A DNA stretch of 64,000 bases from a virus. The stretch is taken from positions 14,309-78,308 of IMG/VR virus record IMGVR_UViG_3300024581_002111; one strand, written 5' to 3'. The position numbers and the translations under genes are program-made. Shown here piece after piece: positions 17,197 to 25,650 of this stretch (within the stretch, counting starts at the first letter, position 1; each line of letters starts with the position of its first letter). Under the pieces are notes generated by a model, which had not been told where the DNA came from, made no database searches, and saw only the letters and a program-made list of their open reading frames with translations.

Positions 17197-17601
17197 TTAA
17201 CGTAGGCCTGATTTACGCAAACGTGTAGCAACTGCATTCAACATATCTGAATGCTTTCTTCTTTTGCGCTTGCTTTTCATAAAAGAAATATCTGAGCTCA
17301 CCTGTACTGGAGCATCGCCGGTTGCTAATAATTTACGTTGTTCTCGCTGATGTCTCTTCACAGCAGAGTCCTTGGTTCTCTTCTTTTTAGCAGATGGCTT
17401 CTCGTAGTACTCTCGCTTGGCTAATTCCTTTTGCCTGTTGTCGTTCTCTAAGATTTTTTTGAGTCTACGCAATGCACCATTTACATCGTCGCCGCGGACA
17501 TAAACACTGGCACCACGAAACTCTTCTTTGGGCTCGTTAAACTTCTTTTTGTTTCTGTTGTTGAAGTTGCCTTTGTGCTTATTCCAATTGTTATTTTTCA
17601 T
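17197..17601 (-). CDS. rpsU: Ribosomal protein bS21 with basic N- and C-terminal extensions
   Basis: VYVRGDDVNGALRRLKK...KREYYEKPSAKKKR...AVKR. Start MKNN has GAGG and overlaps the clpX stop. Confidence 0.85.
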   Translation of the reverse strand: MKNNNWNKHKGNFNNRNKKKFNEPKEEFRGASVYVRGDDVNGALRRLKKILENDNRQKELAKREYYEKPSAKKKRTKDSAVKRHQREQRKLLATGDAPVQVSSDISFMKSKRKRRKHSDMLNAVATRLRKSGLR

Positions 17602-18868
17602 TGTTTCCTCTGTATAATTTGTAGTCTGTGTCGTCTTTGAATTTACCGTTTTCAAAGTGTAAAACAGGAACCACATTGTTTACTAAAGGATATTTATTAA
17701 ACACTACTTTATTGACTCCTTGTTTTCTGAGTTCAGGCGCACGATACATCACACTGATCAATGTATTCTCTAGGATGCCTTTTAGTCCTCTAGCACCTAA
17801 GTTGTTGTTGTGTGCTTGTTCAGCAACTTCATCTAAGAATTCATCTTCCAATACCAAATCAATCTCATCGTATTGCAACAATTCTTGATATTGAGATACC
17901 ACACTGTTTTCTACGCCATCTAATATCAAACGCAGTTGCGGTATATCCAAATAATCCAGCACAGCAATCACAGGCATTCTGCCTACCAACTCTGGTATCA
18001 GGCCGTAATCAGTTACGTCTTTGCTGTTTGCTTGCTGTAGAATATAATTTTTGCTGACGCCTTCTTGTTTGAGTTTAGATCCAAACCCAATTGAGCTTTT
18101 CTTATTCAATCTCTTTTTGATGACGTCTTCAAGGCCAACGAAAGCGCCGCCTAGAATAAACAGTATTTTGCTGGTGTCAAATTCTATGTAATCTTCAGAT
18201 GTGGTACGCTTGCCATTGTTGGATAAATGTGTTTTGATTTTTACCACAGATCCTTCAATTAAACGCAACAGTGCTTGTTGAACACCTTCGCCGCTGACAT
18301 CTCTGGTGCTGGTGTTGCTTTCCCCTCTGCGAGCTTTTTTGTCAACTTCGTCTATGTATACTATGCCAGTTTGCGCTTTTTCTACATTGTAGTCGGACAC
18401 ACTTAGTAATCGTTCTAGTACACTTTCTACGTCTTCGCCTACATATCCAGCTTCAGTCAATGTAGTGGCATCAGCAATAGCAAATGGTACATGCAACTTT
18501 TTTGCCAACGTTTTAGCAAACAGAGTTTTACCTGTACCTGTGGCACCAATTAATAACACATTGCTTTTGTCAATGGTTGACTCAGATTGTAACCTTTTAT
18601 AGTGATTGTATGTGCTGACTGCTAAAAGCTCTTTGGTGTTGTTGTGACCAATAATGTGACTATCGAGATGTTCTTTAATTTCTTGTGGTGTTGGTATGTT
18701 GCTTAAATCAAACTCGGTTTTGTTTTTTGAGGACTCTTCGACAACGATGTTGTAACTGAGCACAATACATTCGTTGCATATATAAACACTGGGTCCTGCT
18801 ATTAACTTGTCTACTTCGCTTCTGCTTTTGCCGCAGAAACTGCAATGTAGATTTTTATTGTCTGTCAT
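17591..18868 (-). CDS. clpX: ClpX AAA+ unfoldase
   Basis: CSFCGK..ICNEC Zn domain, [32 protein letters not shown] loop, GARGL. Confidence 0.95.
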   Translation of the reverse strand: MTDNKNLHCSFCGKSRSEVDKLIAGPSVYICNECIVLSYNIVVEESSKNKTEFDLSNIPTPQEIKEHLDSHIIGHNNTKELLAVSTYNHYKRLQSESTIDKSNVLLIGATGTGKTLFAKTLAKKLHVPFAIADATTLTEAGYVGEDVESVLERLLSVSDYNVEKAQTGIVYIDEVDKKARRGESNTSTRDVSGEGVQQALLRLIEGSVVKIKTHLSNNGKRTTSEDYIEFDTSKILFILGGAFVGLEDVIKKRLNKKSSIGFGSKLKQEGVSKNYILQQANSKDVTDYGLIPELVGRMPVIAVLDYLDIPQLRLILDGVENSVVSQYQELLQYDEIDLVLEDEFLDEVAEQAHNNNLGARGLKGILENTLISVMYRAPELRKQGVNKVVFNKYPLVNNVVPVLHFENGKFKDDTDYKLYRGNNEK

Positions 18869-18892
18869 GTGTTAATACCTTTGTGTATGTTA

Positions 18893-18900
18893 TATTTATC
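18893..18900 (-). promoter_or_regulatory. Late promoter for the clpX-rpsU operon
   Basis: GATAAATA. Confidence 0.7.
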
Positions 18901-19225
18901 TGGGCTTACCGGTATACTTGAGATTAGTAGAATCCTCATCATCGTCCACTGGTAGTGGCATTGCCCAGAACCCCATCTTTCCTCTTACTTCTTCCTCTGA
19001 TAACTTTTGTAACATATCAAGTATTTCTTCCTCTGACAGATCTTCTTTGTTCATTTCGCTTTGCGCCATTAATCTGGCGGCTTCGCTGAGATCGCCTGTC
19101 GCAGGTGTTTGCACACGGTCTGGTTGTTTATCCAACAACTCATATGCTTCTTTGAGTTTTTCCAGTGCGTGTGCGTATTTTGCATTCAATAAGTCAAATG
19201 CTTGTTTGATTTCATCAGCCTTCAT
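18896..19225 (-). CDS. Acidic helical hypothetical protein
   Basis: Operonic overlap with its neighbours. Confidence 0.6.
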   Translation of the reverse strand: MKADEIKQAFDLLNAKYAHALEKLKEAYELLDKQPDRVQTPATGDLSEAARLMAQSEMNKEDLSEEEILDMLQKLSEEEVRGKMGFWAMPLPVDDDEDSTNLKYTGKPR

Positions 19226-19454
19226 TGCTTTGTGTTCTGCCTAACACTTGTGCTTCTAGTTCGGCAATACGAGCGGGAGTGGATAAGTCGATGTCAATGT
19301 CTGCTTCAACCTCAACAATCTTCTCAACAATCTTCTCAACTTCTTTGGGCTTTTCGTCCAACTTATCCAGGGTGTTTAACAATAACTCTAGAGTGTTACC
19401 GTACCTGCCCCACAAGCCATCAAGTGCTTCTTTGATTTCTTTTTGGTTAGCCAT
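19215..19454 (-). CDS. Hypothetical protein with a VEKI repeat
   Basis: 12-bp tandem repeat encoding VEKIVEKIVE. Confidence 0.6.
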   Translation of the reverse strand: MANQKEIKEALDGLWGRYGNTLELLLNTLDKLDEKPKEVEKIVEKIVEVEADIDIDLSTPARIAELEAQVLGRTQSNEG

Positions 19455-20979
19455 TTAATTTCTCCTGTATGCGTTTTTCCAGCTCTAGTATTGCTGGCGG
19501 AACGCTTAAATCTAAGTCTGGTTCTTTTTTCTTGCGCGGCTTTCTTTTGGGTTTTACGCTAGAAGGTTTATCGACTTGCTGTGTAGAACTGTTGTCTCCA
19601 GTTGTCCCCACTTGTTGTAGGTGTGCACTGTCGTCTGTTGTATTCCGTCCTTTGGTAGAATTTTTACCGTTGTTTTTATCATCGGTCTGTCCAGCACTGG
19701 ATCCCCCATTGGGTGGGTTGGCATTGCTGGTGTTGCCGCTATCGGGTTTATTTCCGTCATCATCTGGTCCTGCCTTTTCTAAATTAATTCCATACCTCAG
19801 CAGTGTCTGGTTAGCCGCAATAACCAACATAACCGCCAGTGGGTCAAACACAAACACCAGCATCAGTATGAATACCTGTACTGCTTTGTCTAACAACTCT
19901 TGATCGTCACCACCAAACAATAATTGCGCCACATACTTGATAGGGCCTACTTCTTTTTCTAATGCACGAACTTCACGTTCTGCTTCAAACTTCTCGTCTT
20001 TGAGCAGTGCAATAGAATCATATATGGCATCGATCTGACTGTTGTAGTCATCAATTTGTGCCAGTTGTTCGTCTTGATTTTGTGCACTTTGGTTACGCAC
20101 ACGGTTTATTTCTGCATTGGCATTGTCAATTGTGGTTTGTGCTTGGCTTCTATATCTGTCGATTGCTTTCTGGAAAGTGCTGATATCTGCGTTTGCTTGT
20201 GTACGCAATGCTTGACGCTGTGTGTTTAGCTCTGCTTTCTGAGAGGCAATTTGATCACGTTCTGATTGTTGCGACTCACGCAACTGATTTGCTTGTGCAA
20301 CATAGTTAATGGTGTCTACTTCTGCACTTCTGAACAAACCACCCTGGTCGGTTTCAATAGTGGCAACACCTTTGTTGCGTAACTCATTTACTGCACGATC
20401 TAACTCTGTGAGTCTGGCATCCAGTTTGTTTTCTCTGACATCAAGTCCTTCTAGGTCAGCAGTTAGTTGTGCTCTCACACTGACAATTTGTTGCTGGTTA
20501 TAATCAATGTCGCCTTGTACCTGTTCCCAGGCACCATCTCTGATACTTTCTTGTTGGGATATATCAGTAGTAGATTGCAGGCCGCCTAATCCCGAAATAC
20601 GATCTTGCAGTATGCTGATCTTGTTTTCTTCTCGAGCAATTTGCCCGTCAATGCGCTCTACAATGGCAAACGCTTCACTGCTGACACCTGCCTGGTCTAA
20701 GTGTGCTTTAGACAGATAACCAAAGATACCCATGCTGGTTATGAGCATGAGCACAAGAACCGCGGCACTTAAATATGATTTTAATGCCAGTCCTGTACTT
20801 TCCCAGTACCTGTATAACCAACTTGCTGTGAGCAGTTTGCCCACTTCCAGTGTCCCGGCCATAACTGCAATAGGTAGTGCGGCCGCACTGAATATGGCCA
20901 TCAGTCCAGCAATGCTGAACCAAGCCGCAACGCCCGCTATTGTTAAAGCGGTTAAAAGTGTGAGTATTCCAAACCACAT
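19447..20979 (-). CDS. Membrane protein with N-terminal TMs, a long coiled coil and a further TM
   Basis: LEVGKLLTASWL, GIFGYLSKAH, about 280-aa heptad region, EVGPIKY, FVFDPLAVML. Confidence 0.8.
   Translation of the reverse strand: MWFGILTLLTALTIAGVAAWFSIAGLMAIFSAAALPIAVMAGTLEVGKLLTASWLYRYWESTGLALKSYLSAAVLVLMLITSMGIFGYLSKAHLDQAGVSSEAFAIVERIDGQIAREENKISILQDRISGLGGLQSTTDISQQESIRDGAWEQVQGDIDYNQQQIVSVRAQLTADLEGLDVRENKLDARLTELDRAVNELRNKGVATIETDQGGLFRSAEVDTINYVAQANQLRESQQSERDQIASQKAELNTQRQALRTQANADISTFQKAIDRYRSQAQTTIDNANAEINRVRNQSAQNQDEQLAQIDDYNSQIDAIYDSIALLKDEKFEAEREVRALEKEVGPIKYVAQLLFGGDDQELLDKAVQVFILMLVFVFDPLAVMLVIAANQTLLRYGINLEKAGPDDDGNKPDSGNTSNANPPNGGSSAGQTDDKNNGKNSTKGRNTTDDSAHLQQVGTTGDNSSTQQVDKPSSVKPKRKPRKKKEPDLDLSVPPAILELEKRIQEKLNG
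19554..19763 (-). CDS. Candidate nested gene in an alternative frame inside 19447-20979
   Basis: AGGA 5-6 nt upstream, genome-typical A-ending codons, protein-like MTEINPIAAT...TYNKWGQLE...SINLLA. Confidence 0.5.
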   Translation of the reverse strand: MMTEINPIAATPAMPTHPMGDPVLDRPMIKTTVKILPKDGIQQTTVHTYNKWGQLETTVLHSKSINLLA

Positions 20980-20984
20980 GCAAG

Positions 20985-20992
20985 TATTTATC
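20985..20992 (-). promoter_or_regulatory. Late promoter, 5 nt before ATG 20979
   Basis: GATAAATA-cttgc-ATG. Confidence 0.7.
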
Positions 20993-21033
20993 GTGAAATA
21001 GCTCTGAAATCAACAAATTTTGTATACCGATAC

Positions 21034-21041
21034 TATAAATA
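21034..21041 (+). promoter_or_regulatory. Late promoter, 5 nt before ATG 21047
   Basis: TATAAATA-tagcc-ATG. Confidence 0.7.
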
Positions 21042-21046
21042 TAGCC

Positions 21047-22276
21047 ATGAGACTGGAAAAAGTTACATTAAATTACAATGATTTTGCTTTCATCGACTGG
21101 TCAAGTATACATTCAGGTTCAACAGTAATAGATTTGTTTTGTAACGGAGAATTCTTGTGGGGCACTCGTGTGTTGGAAAAATTCCTCAAGTACGGTATTC
21201 GCATAGGAGAAAAATACGGTACTCGCGGTATCACAGTGCAAGACATGATGAACTCTGGTGCAGACACAAACACAGTTTACTGCATTTCTGTTGAGGCATT
21301 TACACGATTAAGCAACATAGATCGTTATATGCTGTTGACAAACTATATTGTGATGATATGTGACTTAGCCGAAGGTGGATTTCATTTTAGCGAATTGTTA
21401 GAAAAATACAATAGAAGATTAGACTCCTTTACAAAAGGTGAGCCTGTTAGGTGTTGTTTTGTGGGTACAACAGGCATGGAAAATTTCAACTTCATAAACG
21501 GAGTGAGAAACACCATCAACATACCATATTTTATGTTGTTGACATCCTGGGAGTGTCACAGTAAAGGGTTAATACCGGATCCTAAACAGTTCATGAAGCC
21601 AGTCAAATCAGCACTAATACCTGTGCACAAACCCAGAAAGCACAGAATCAAAATGTTAGCACAACTAGACTCAATGGGACTGTTAAATGTATGTGATTGG
21701 AGTTTGACAGTAGGCGGACCTGACAATAACGAATTAGGTGATTTTCGACACACACCCAATGTGAGTATAAGTAGGTTTGACTTCCTCAAAACAGATCCTG
21801 TGTGCAAAAGTTTTTATGAAAAATATCAACACCAACTGCCTAAGTCGTTGGTAGACAATGACATCACAGAGTTCAATGAGTGTATTCCTCTACCGGTACA
21901 ACTTGCTGGCAAGTATCAATGGTATGTGAGTTGTGAAACGTACACTCACATACAATTTATAACTGAAAAAACATATAAGGCATTCATGTGTGGGTTGCCG
22001 GTGTTGTTGGTTGCTGATGCTAACACTGCAAAGAGCTTTTCTGAATCCACCGGATTTCAATTACCTTATCATGAAAGATATGATACCGAAGGTATCAAAG
22101 ATTTAGATCACACTAGATTTAAAATCATAGCAGAACTGATAGCCGAGAATCCTGCTGTGCACAAAGACACAATCATGCACAATTTTAATTTGATTAACAA
22201 CATAGAATGGCAAGTGGTATCAGTAGTGCAACCGTTGGTAGAAATGTATGAATACTGCCCTAGTGAAGTGGGTTAA
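21047..22276 (+). CDS. Putative GT-B-like glycosyltransferase (FITEKT..F type)
   Basis: KPRKHR, CDWS, VSCETY..FITEKTYKAFMCGLP, GFQLP, HNFNL. Confidence 0.45.
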   Translation: MRLEKVTLNYNDFAFIDWSSIHSGSTVIDLFCNGEFLWGTRVLEKFLKYGIRIGEKYGTRGITVQDMMNSGADTNTVYCISVEAFTRLSNIDRYMLLTNYIVMICDLAEGGFHFSELLEKYNRRLDSFTKGEPVRCCFVGTTGMENFNFINGVRNTINIPYFMLLTSWECHSKGLIPDPKQFMKPVKSALIPVHKPRKHRIKMLAQLDSMGLLNVCDWSLTVGGPDNNELGDFRHTPNVSISRFDFLKTDPVCKSFYEKYQHQLPKSLVDNDITEFNECIPLPVQLAGKYQWYVSCETYTHIQFITEKTYKAFMCGLPVLLVADANTAKSFSESTGFQLPYHERYDTEGIKDLDHTRFKIIAELIAENPAVHKDTIMHNFNLINNIEWQVVSVVQPLVEMYEYCPSEVG

Positions 22277-22371
22277 GGCCCCCACTCGTCAGTGAGGAAA
22301 GCCTTAACATTCTAAACTCTCATCATATAGTATAGTATGCACTGTTATTGGCCGTCGCCAGGCAAACAGTG
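22272..22371. other. Two hairpins in a convergent intergenic region (bidirectional terminator or structured RNA)
   Basis: GTTAAGGC 22272-79 / GCCTTAAC 22301-08 and CACTGTT 22340-46 / AACAGTG 22365-71. Confidence 0.5.
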
Positions 22372-22379
22372 ACGCCTTG

Positions 22380-22829
22380 TTACCTTTCGTAGATTGCTGA
22401 GTTAGCACCATGCTCTGCACACTCGGCTCGCACACAATAACAACGATTGTTGGTCATGTCACGAACCAGTTTGTCTGCAAAGTTGAATGCATGCTCTGCG
22501 AACTTCTCTGCACCTACGCCGTGTAGGATAGAAAGCTCTGCTATGCCCTTTTCTTGAAGTTCCAGCAAATCCTCTAATTTAGGATCTGCCGCATCAACCA
22601 CAACTTTGTGATCAAATGTATCTTCTAACCACTGCTTGAGTGGTTTGAGCCCACCAAAGTCTACTGCCCAGTTTTTGTTGTCTAGTTCATCACAGCCAAA
22701 TGTGAATGTGAATGCCAAACTGTAACCATGCAATAAACTGCAATGCGAATGATCTGCATTGGGTTGACGAAACACAGCACTGAGCCCAATGTTGTGTCCG
22801 TAATGTTTTGTTGAGAAATACTGCCCCAT
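22380..22829 (-). CDS. queD: QueD/6-pyruvoyl-tetrahydropterin synthase-like protein
   Basis: HCSLLHGY, VDFGGLK, FDH, GAEKFAE, EHGANSA. Confidence 0.8.
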   Translation of the reverse strand: MGQYFSTKHYGHNIGLSAVFRQPNADHSHCSLLHGYSLAFTFTFGCDELDNKNWAVDFGGLKPLKQWLEDTFDHKVVVDAADPKLEDLLELQEKGIAELSILHGVGAEKFAEHAFNFADKLVRDMTNNRCYCVRAECAEHGANSAIYER

Positions 22830-22876
22830 TTTAGTCTCCTATAAGTTATAATAGAAGGCCACTTACAAGTGCGGAA

Positions 22877-22884
22877 TATTTATA
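22877..22884 (-). promoter_or_regulatory. Late promoter for queD
   Basis: TATAAATA. Confidence 0.6.
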
Positions 22885-22919
22885 GTGGGTCGATGCCTTG
22901 TATCCATCCACTTGAATAT

Positions 22920-22947
22920 ATTATACACACTATTTAGGCATTGTCAA
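22920..22947 (-). promoter_or_regulatory. sigma70-type promoter for queD
   Basis: TTGACA-N16-TATAAT. Confidence 0.75.
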
Positions 22948-22974
22948 CCAAAACTTGATTGATATTTCGGCACG

Positions 22975-23472
22975 TTATTTTTTCTTTTTGCCTTCCATCA
23001 GTTTGACAGCGGCGTCATAATCTTTTTTAGTAATCACTTTTTCACGAAGCAGTTTGTCTCTGTTCACAAGGTGTTTGGCTTGTATCTCTTCTTTACTACC
23101 ACCAAAGTATGCCACAGCATGGCCTTCTTCTACCAGCACATCAGTTACCATTCTCCAAGCATCATGTTTGTGATCGTAACACTCAAAGTCACCCAAGATA
23201 CGACCAAACTTACCTTTCATGTCTTCGCCATCTTTGCTAACTTGTGTTTTGAGGATTGGTCCGCTTTTGCCGCCAATCAACTGCTTGAGTCTTTCTTTTG
23301 CGGCAGTGCCAAACAATTTTTCTACTTTGTCTCTGGTTCTGCTTTCTGGTGTGTCTATGCCCATTATGCGTACACGCTCATCTTTAAGCCATACACCGAA
23401 TCCCAAATCAATATCCACATCCACTGTGTCGCCATCAACTACCCTGATAACTTTACATCTATATTCATACAT
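22975..23472 (-). CDS. Thermonuclease (SNase-like) family nuclease
   Basis: RVVDGDTVDV, RVRIMGIDTPESR, KFGRILG, EGHAVAY. Confidence 0.85.
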   Translation of the reverse strand: MYEYRCKVIRVVDGDTVDVDIDLGFGVWLKDERVRIMGIDTPESRTRDKVEKLFGTAAKERLKQLIGGKSGPILKTQVSKDGEDMKGKFGRILGDFECYDHKHDAWRMVTDVLVEEGHAVAYFGGSKEEIQAKHLVNRDKLLREKVITKKDYDAAVKLMEGKKKK

Positions 23473-24454
23473 CTAAATCAAACTCCTTTCTTGCTACAAG
23501 TCTGTAGCGTGTTACTATGTTTCTTATTTTGTTATTTATAAGTTCTCGAGATTCATTTGACATGCTGTTACCATTTCTTACCCACTCTAACAGTGCATGC
23601 AAGTATTCTTTTTCACTTACACTGTGTCCGCTCATTATATTATCGTGCGGTGAATAACATTCGTTAAACACGCTTTCTATGATCACACCCGAAACAGCAA
23701 TGTTGCTTGCCTTGTTAACTTGTTCTTTTTCAAGGTGCCGCAGTTGTTTGAATAATTTTCTATCTAAATCAAGATAATCTCGTAAGCCATCAGAGTTTCT
23801 GTTGATGTGAGTTTCTAGTACATATTTAAACTTGTCCATCACTGACAACAAAGTAGGATCTTTTGTATGTCTACCGTAACCGTCATCAACAGAATTATGT
23901 TTTGGTATTTTAAAATCTGGCGGTAGATTGTGCACAGATCTTATCCAGTTGTCGAGATTGTCGATGTACAACAGTTCTGTGTTTGCTAACTCCCAATACA
24001 ATATCCAGATCACCAACATCACACGCTGTGTGTGATTGTTGTTCAGCCCAAACAACCATCCAGATAATTTAAAGATTTGAAACACAAAATTTCTGTACCA
24101 CTCTGAATCTTTTTTCTTCCAAAATTCTGCTCTTTGTTCCCCGTTGGTGCTTTCCCATGCAAGTAGGTCTAAGTTCTCAATTATCAAATAATTGAAACCA
24201 CTTATGTAACGTTTTACAGGATCTCTGTACAGCAAAGTGGTTGTGTACTCTGCTGGTATTAACTTGCGTGTAGCTGATAAGTCCAGATAATTTTCATGAG
24301 AATCAGAAACAATCTGTTTCCAACCGACAATGTTTTCGTGTGCTTGAGTTTTAATAGATGATTTCCAATCTAGTAGATTAGAAATTGTGGTGCCGGCAAC
24401 CTTGGGGTGTGTGATGAGGGCTCGACGTAGCTGATGATTGATGAATATGTGCAT
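23465..24454 (-). CDS. Sulfotransferase-2-like protein
   Basis: THPKVAGTTI (5'-PSB-like) and YRDPVKRYISG (3'-PB-like). Confidence 0.55.
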   Translation of the reverse strand: MHIFINHQLRRALITHPKVAGTTISNLLDWKSSIKTQAHENIVGWKQIVSDSHENYLDLSATRKLIPAEYTTTLLYRDPVKRYISGFNYLIIENLDLLAWESTNGEQRAEFWKKKDSEWYRNFVFQIFKLSGWLFGLNNNHTQRVMLVIWILYWELANTELLYIDNLDNWIRSVHNLPPDFKIPKHNSVDDGYGRHTKDPTLLSVMDKFKYVLETHINRNSDGLRDYLDLDRKLFKQLRHLEKEQVNKASNIAVSGVIIESVFNECYSPHDNIMSGHSVSEKEYLHALLEWVRNGNSMSNESRELINNKIRNIVTRYRLVARKEFDLDV

Positions 24455-24459
24455 TCATG

Positions 24460-24467
24460 TATTTATA
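24460..24467 (-). promoter_or_regulatory. Late promoter, 5 nt before ATG 24454
   Basis: TATAAATA-catga-ATG. Confidence 0.7.
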
Positions 24468-24468
24468 C

Positions 24469-25110
24469 TCACATACGATGGAAACAGTGATTATCTATCT
24501 GAGCTACTTCTTCGTAGTGCACTGCCCATTGCGGGCTAGCCAAGTTAGGATTGTAATAGTGCGTTGCACCATTGGTGTTGTCTGGAATGAGTCCTCTGAT
24601 GGTTAACAATGCTACTTCCAAACTCTGTTGCCATGCTTGTAAATTTTGTTTGATTGGGTTACCTTTGCTGTCGGTTAGGTGTATGGTATCACTTTTGCCA
24701 TCGCAAAACCAAGTGAACTGACACTTCCACTTCACAGGTACTAATTTGTCGTGATTCTCCTTCCACCAGCGTGAATATATAGCCTGCTCAACTACACCGC
24801 ACACGGTATTAGGGAAACGTGCATTATTAACTCTGTTCATGGTAACACTGGCCACAGCAATTTTGCCCTGCATGCTTTCGCCACGTGCTTCAAAGTAAAT
24901 ATTTTTTGCAAGACAGTGAACTTGGTCAACATCCAGTCCTGCATATGGATCAACTGGTTCTGGTGGAACAATTTCTATTGGTTCTGCTGTCACGGTCACC
25001 TGTGCTAATTCTTCAACCGTGACAGTTGCGGTGGGATTGTTTTGAAAGCCTATGTTATATCCAACTATCACTACAATGATGCTGAATAAAATCGACAACA
25101 GGTGTCTCAT
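24469..25110 (-). CDS. SleB-like cell-wall hydrolase (Hydrolase_2) with N-terminal TM/signal
   Basis: CLAKNIYFEARGES, VASVTMNRV, FPNTVCGVV, CQFTW, GATHYY, IDNHCF. Confidence 0.9.
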   Translation of the reverse strand: MRHLLSILFSIIVVIVGYNIGFQNNPTATVTVEELAQVTVTAEPIEIVPPEPVDPYAGLDVDQVHCLAKNIYFEARGESMQGKIAVASVTMNRVNNARFPNTVCGVVEQAIYSRWWKENHDKLVPVKWKCQFTWFCDGKSDTIHLTDSKGNPIKQNLQAWQQSLEVALLTIRGLIPDNTNGATHYYNPNLASPQWAVHYEEVAQIDNHCFHRM

Positions 25111-25119
25111 AATAACTCC

Positions 25120-25407
25120 TTAGACTAGTTTAAGGTCTGTGGTGTTTTCTGTGTATGCTTTTGCGATTTCTTCGTCGGTAGAAACAAATGCTACCACCGT
25201 GTTTTTATTTAGTTTAACTGATGCACTTTGAGATGTCATCATCCAAGGAATGATGCCCATGCCCTTTGGGCCTTGTGCTATAGTGGCAGGCTTATCCACA
25301 CATAATTCTAGATCTGTCTCAGAATCGTAGCGACACAATACTTCTTCACCGCTGGTTAACTTTACTGTGATAATCGAGCCTTTTGTTAAAGGTTTTTTTA
25401 ATAACAT
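25120..25407 (-). CDS. Phage Sm-like fold protein (paralog 1)
   Basis: ITVKLTSGEEVL...KP...IPW...VKLNKNTVV...IAKAY matches the cyanophage Sm-like pattern as I recall it. Confidence 0.6.
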   Translation of the reverse strand: MLLKKPLTKGSIITVKLTSGEEVLCRYDSETDLELCVDKPATIAQGPKGMGIIPWMMTSQSASVKLNKNTVVAFVSTDEEIAKAYTENTTDLKLV

Positions 25408-25430
25408 GTGTTATTCCTCATTATTTAATA

Positions 25431-25459
25431 ATTATATACGCATTTAATTGGTTTGTCAA
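25431..25459 (-). promoter_or_regulatory. sigma70-type promoter
   Basis: TTGACA-N17-TATAAT. Confidence 0.8.
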
Positions 25460-25523
25460 TCAAAATTTGGTCTATTTTTGCCGTATTTTCTATGTATTTG
25501 ATGTAAGACTAGTAAATATTAGT

Positions 25524-25643
25524 ATGGACAGGCACAGTTCAGTCTAACAAAATAATAGAGAGTTGCGTCAATCTTAGAATACGCTATATAGTGCAAGAGC
25601 ACTGCAACTCGAACTGTCCAGAATATGACGTGTGGCGCCACAC
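25524..25643 (+). ncRNA. Candidate late-expressed structured ncRNA
   Basis: AGTAAATA at 25511-18. Nested stems UGGACAG/CUGUCCA, GAGUUGC/GCAACUC and AGUGC/GCACU, a 3' hairpin GUGUG/CACAC, and only a 7-codon ORF. Confidence 0.45.
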
Positions 25644-25650
25644 TAATTAT

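Noticed and set aside
20708-21016. Alternative-frame ORF MLISELF... overlapping the start of 19447-20979
   Set aside because: It spans the late promoter, has no SD and reads as non-protein-like, unlike the nested ORF at 19554.
22830-22915. preQ1 or folate riboswitch in the queD leader
   Set aside because: Short stems exist (AGTGG/CCACT, CACT/AGTG), but I could not match preQ1-I/II/III or THF consensus features. An Infernal scan would settle it.
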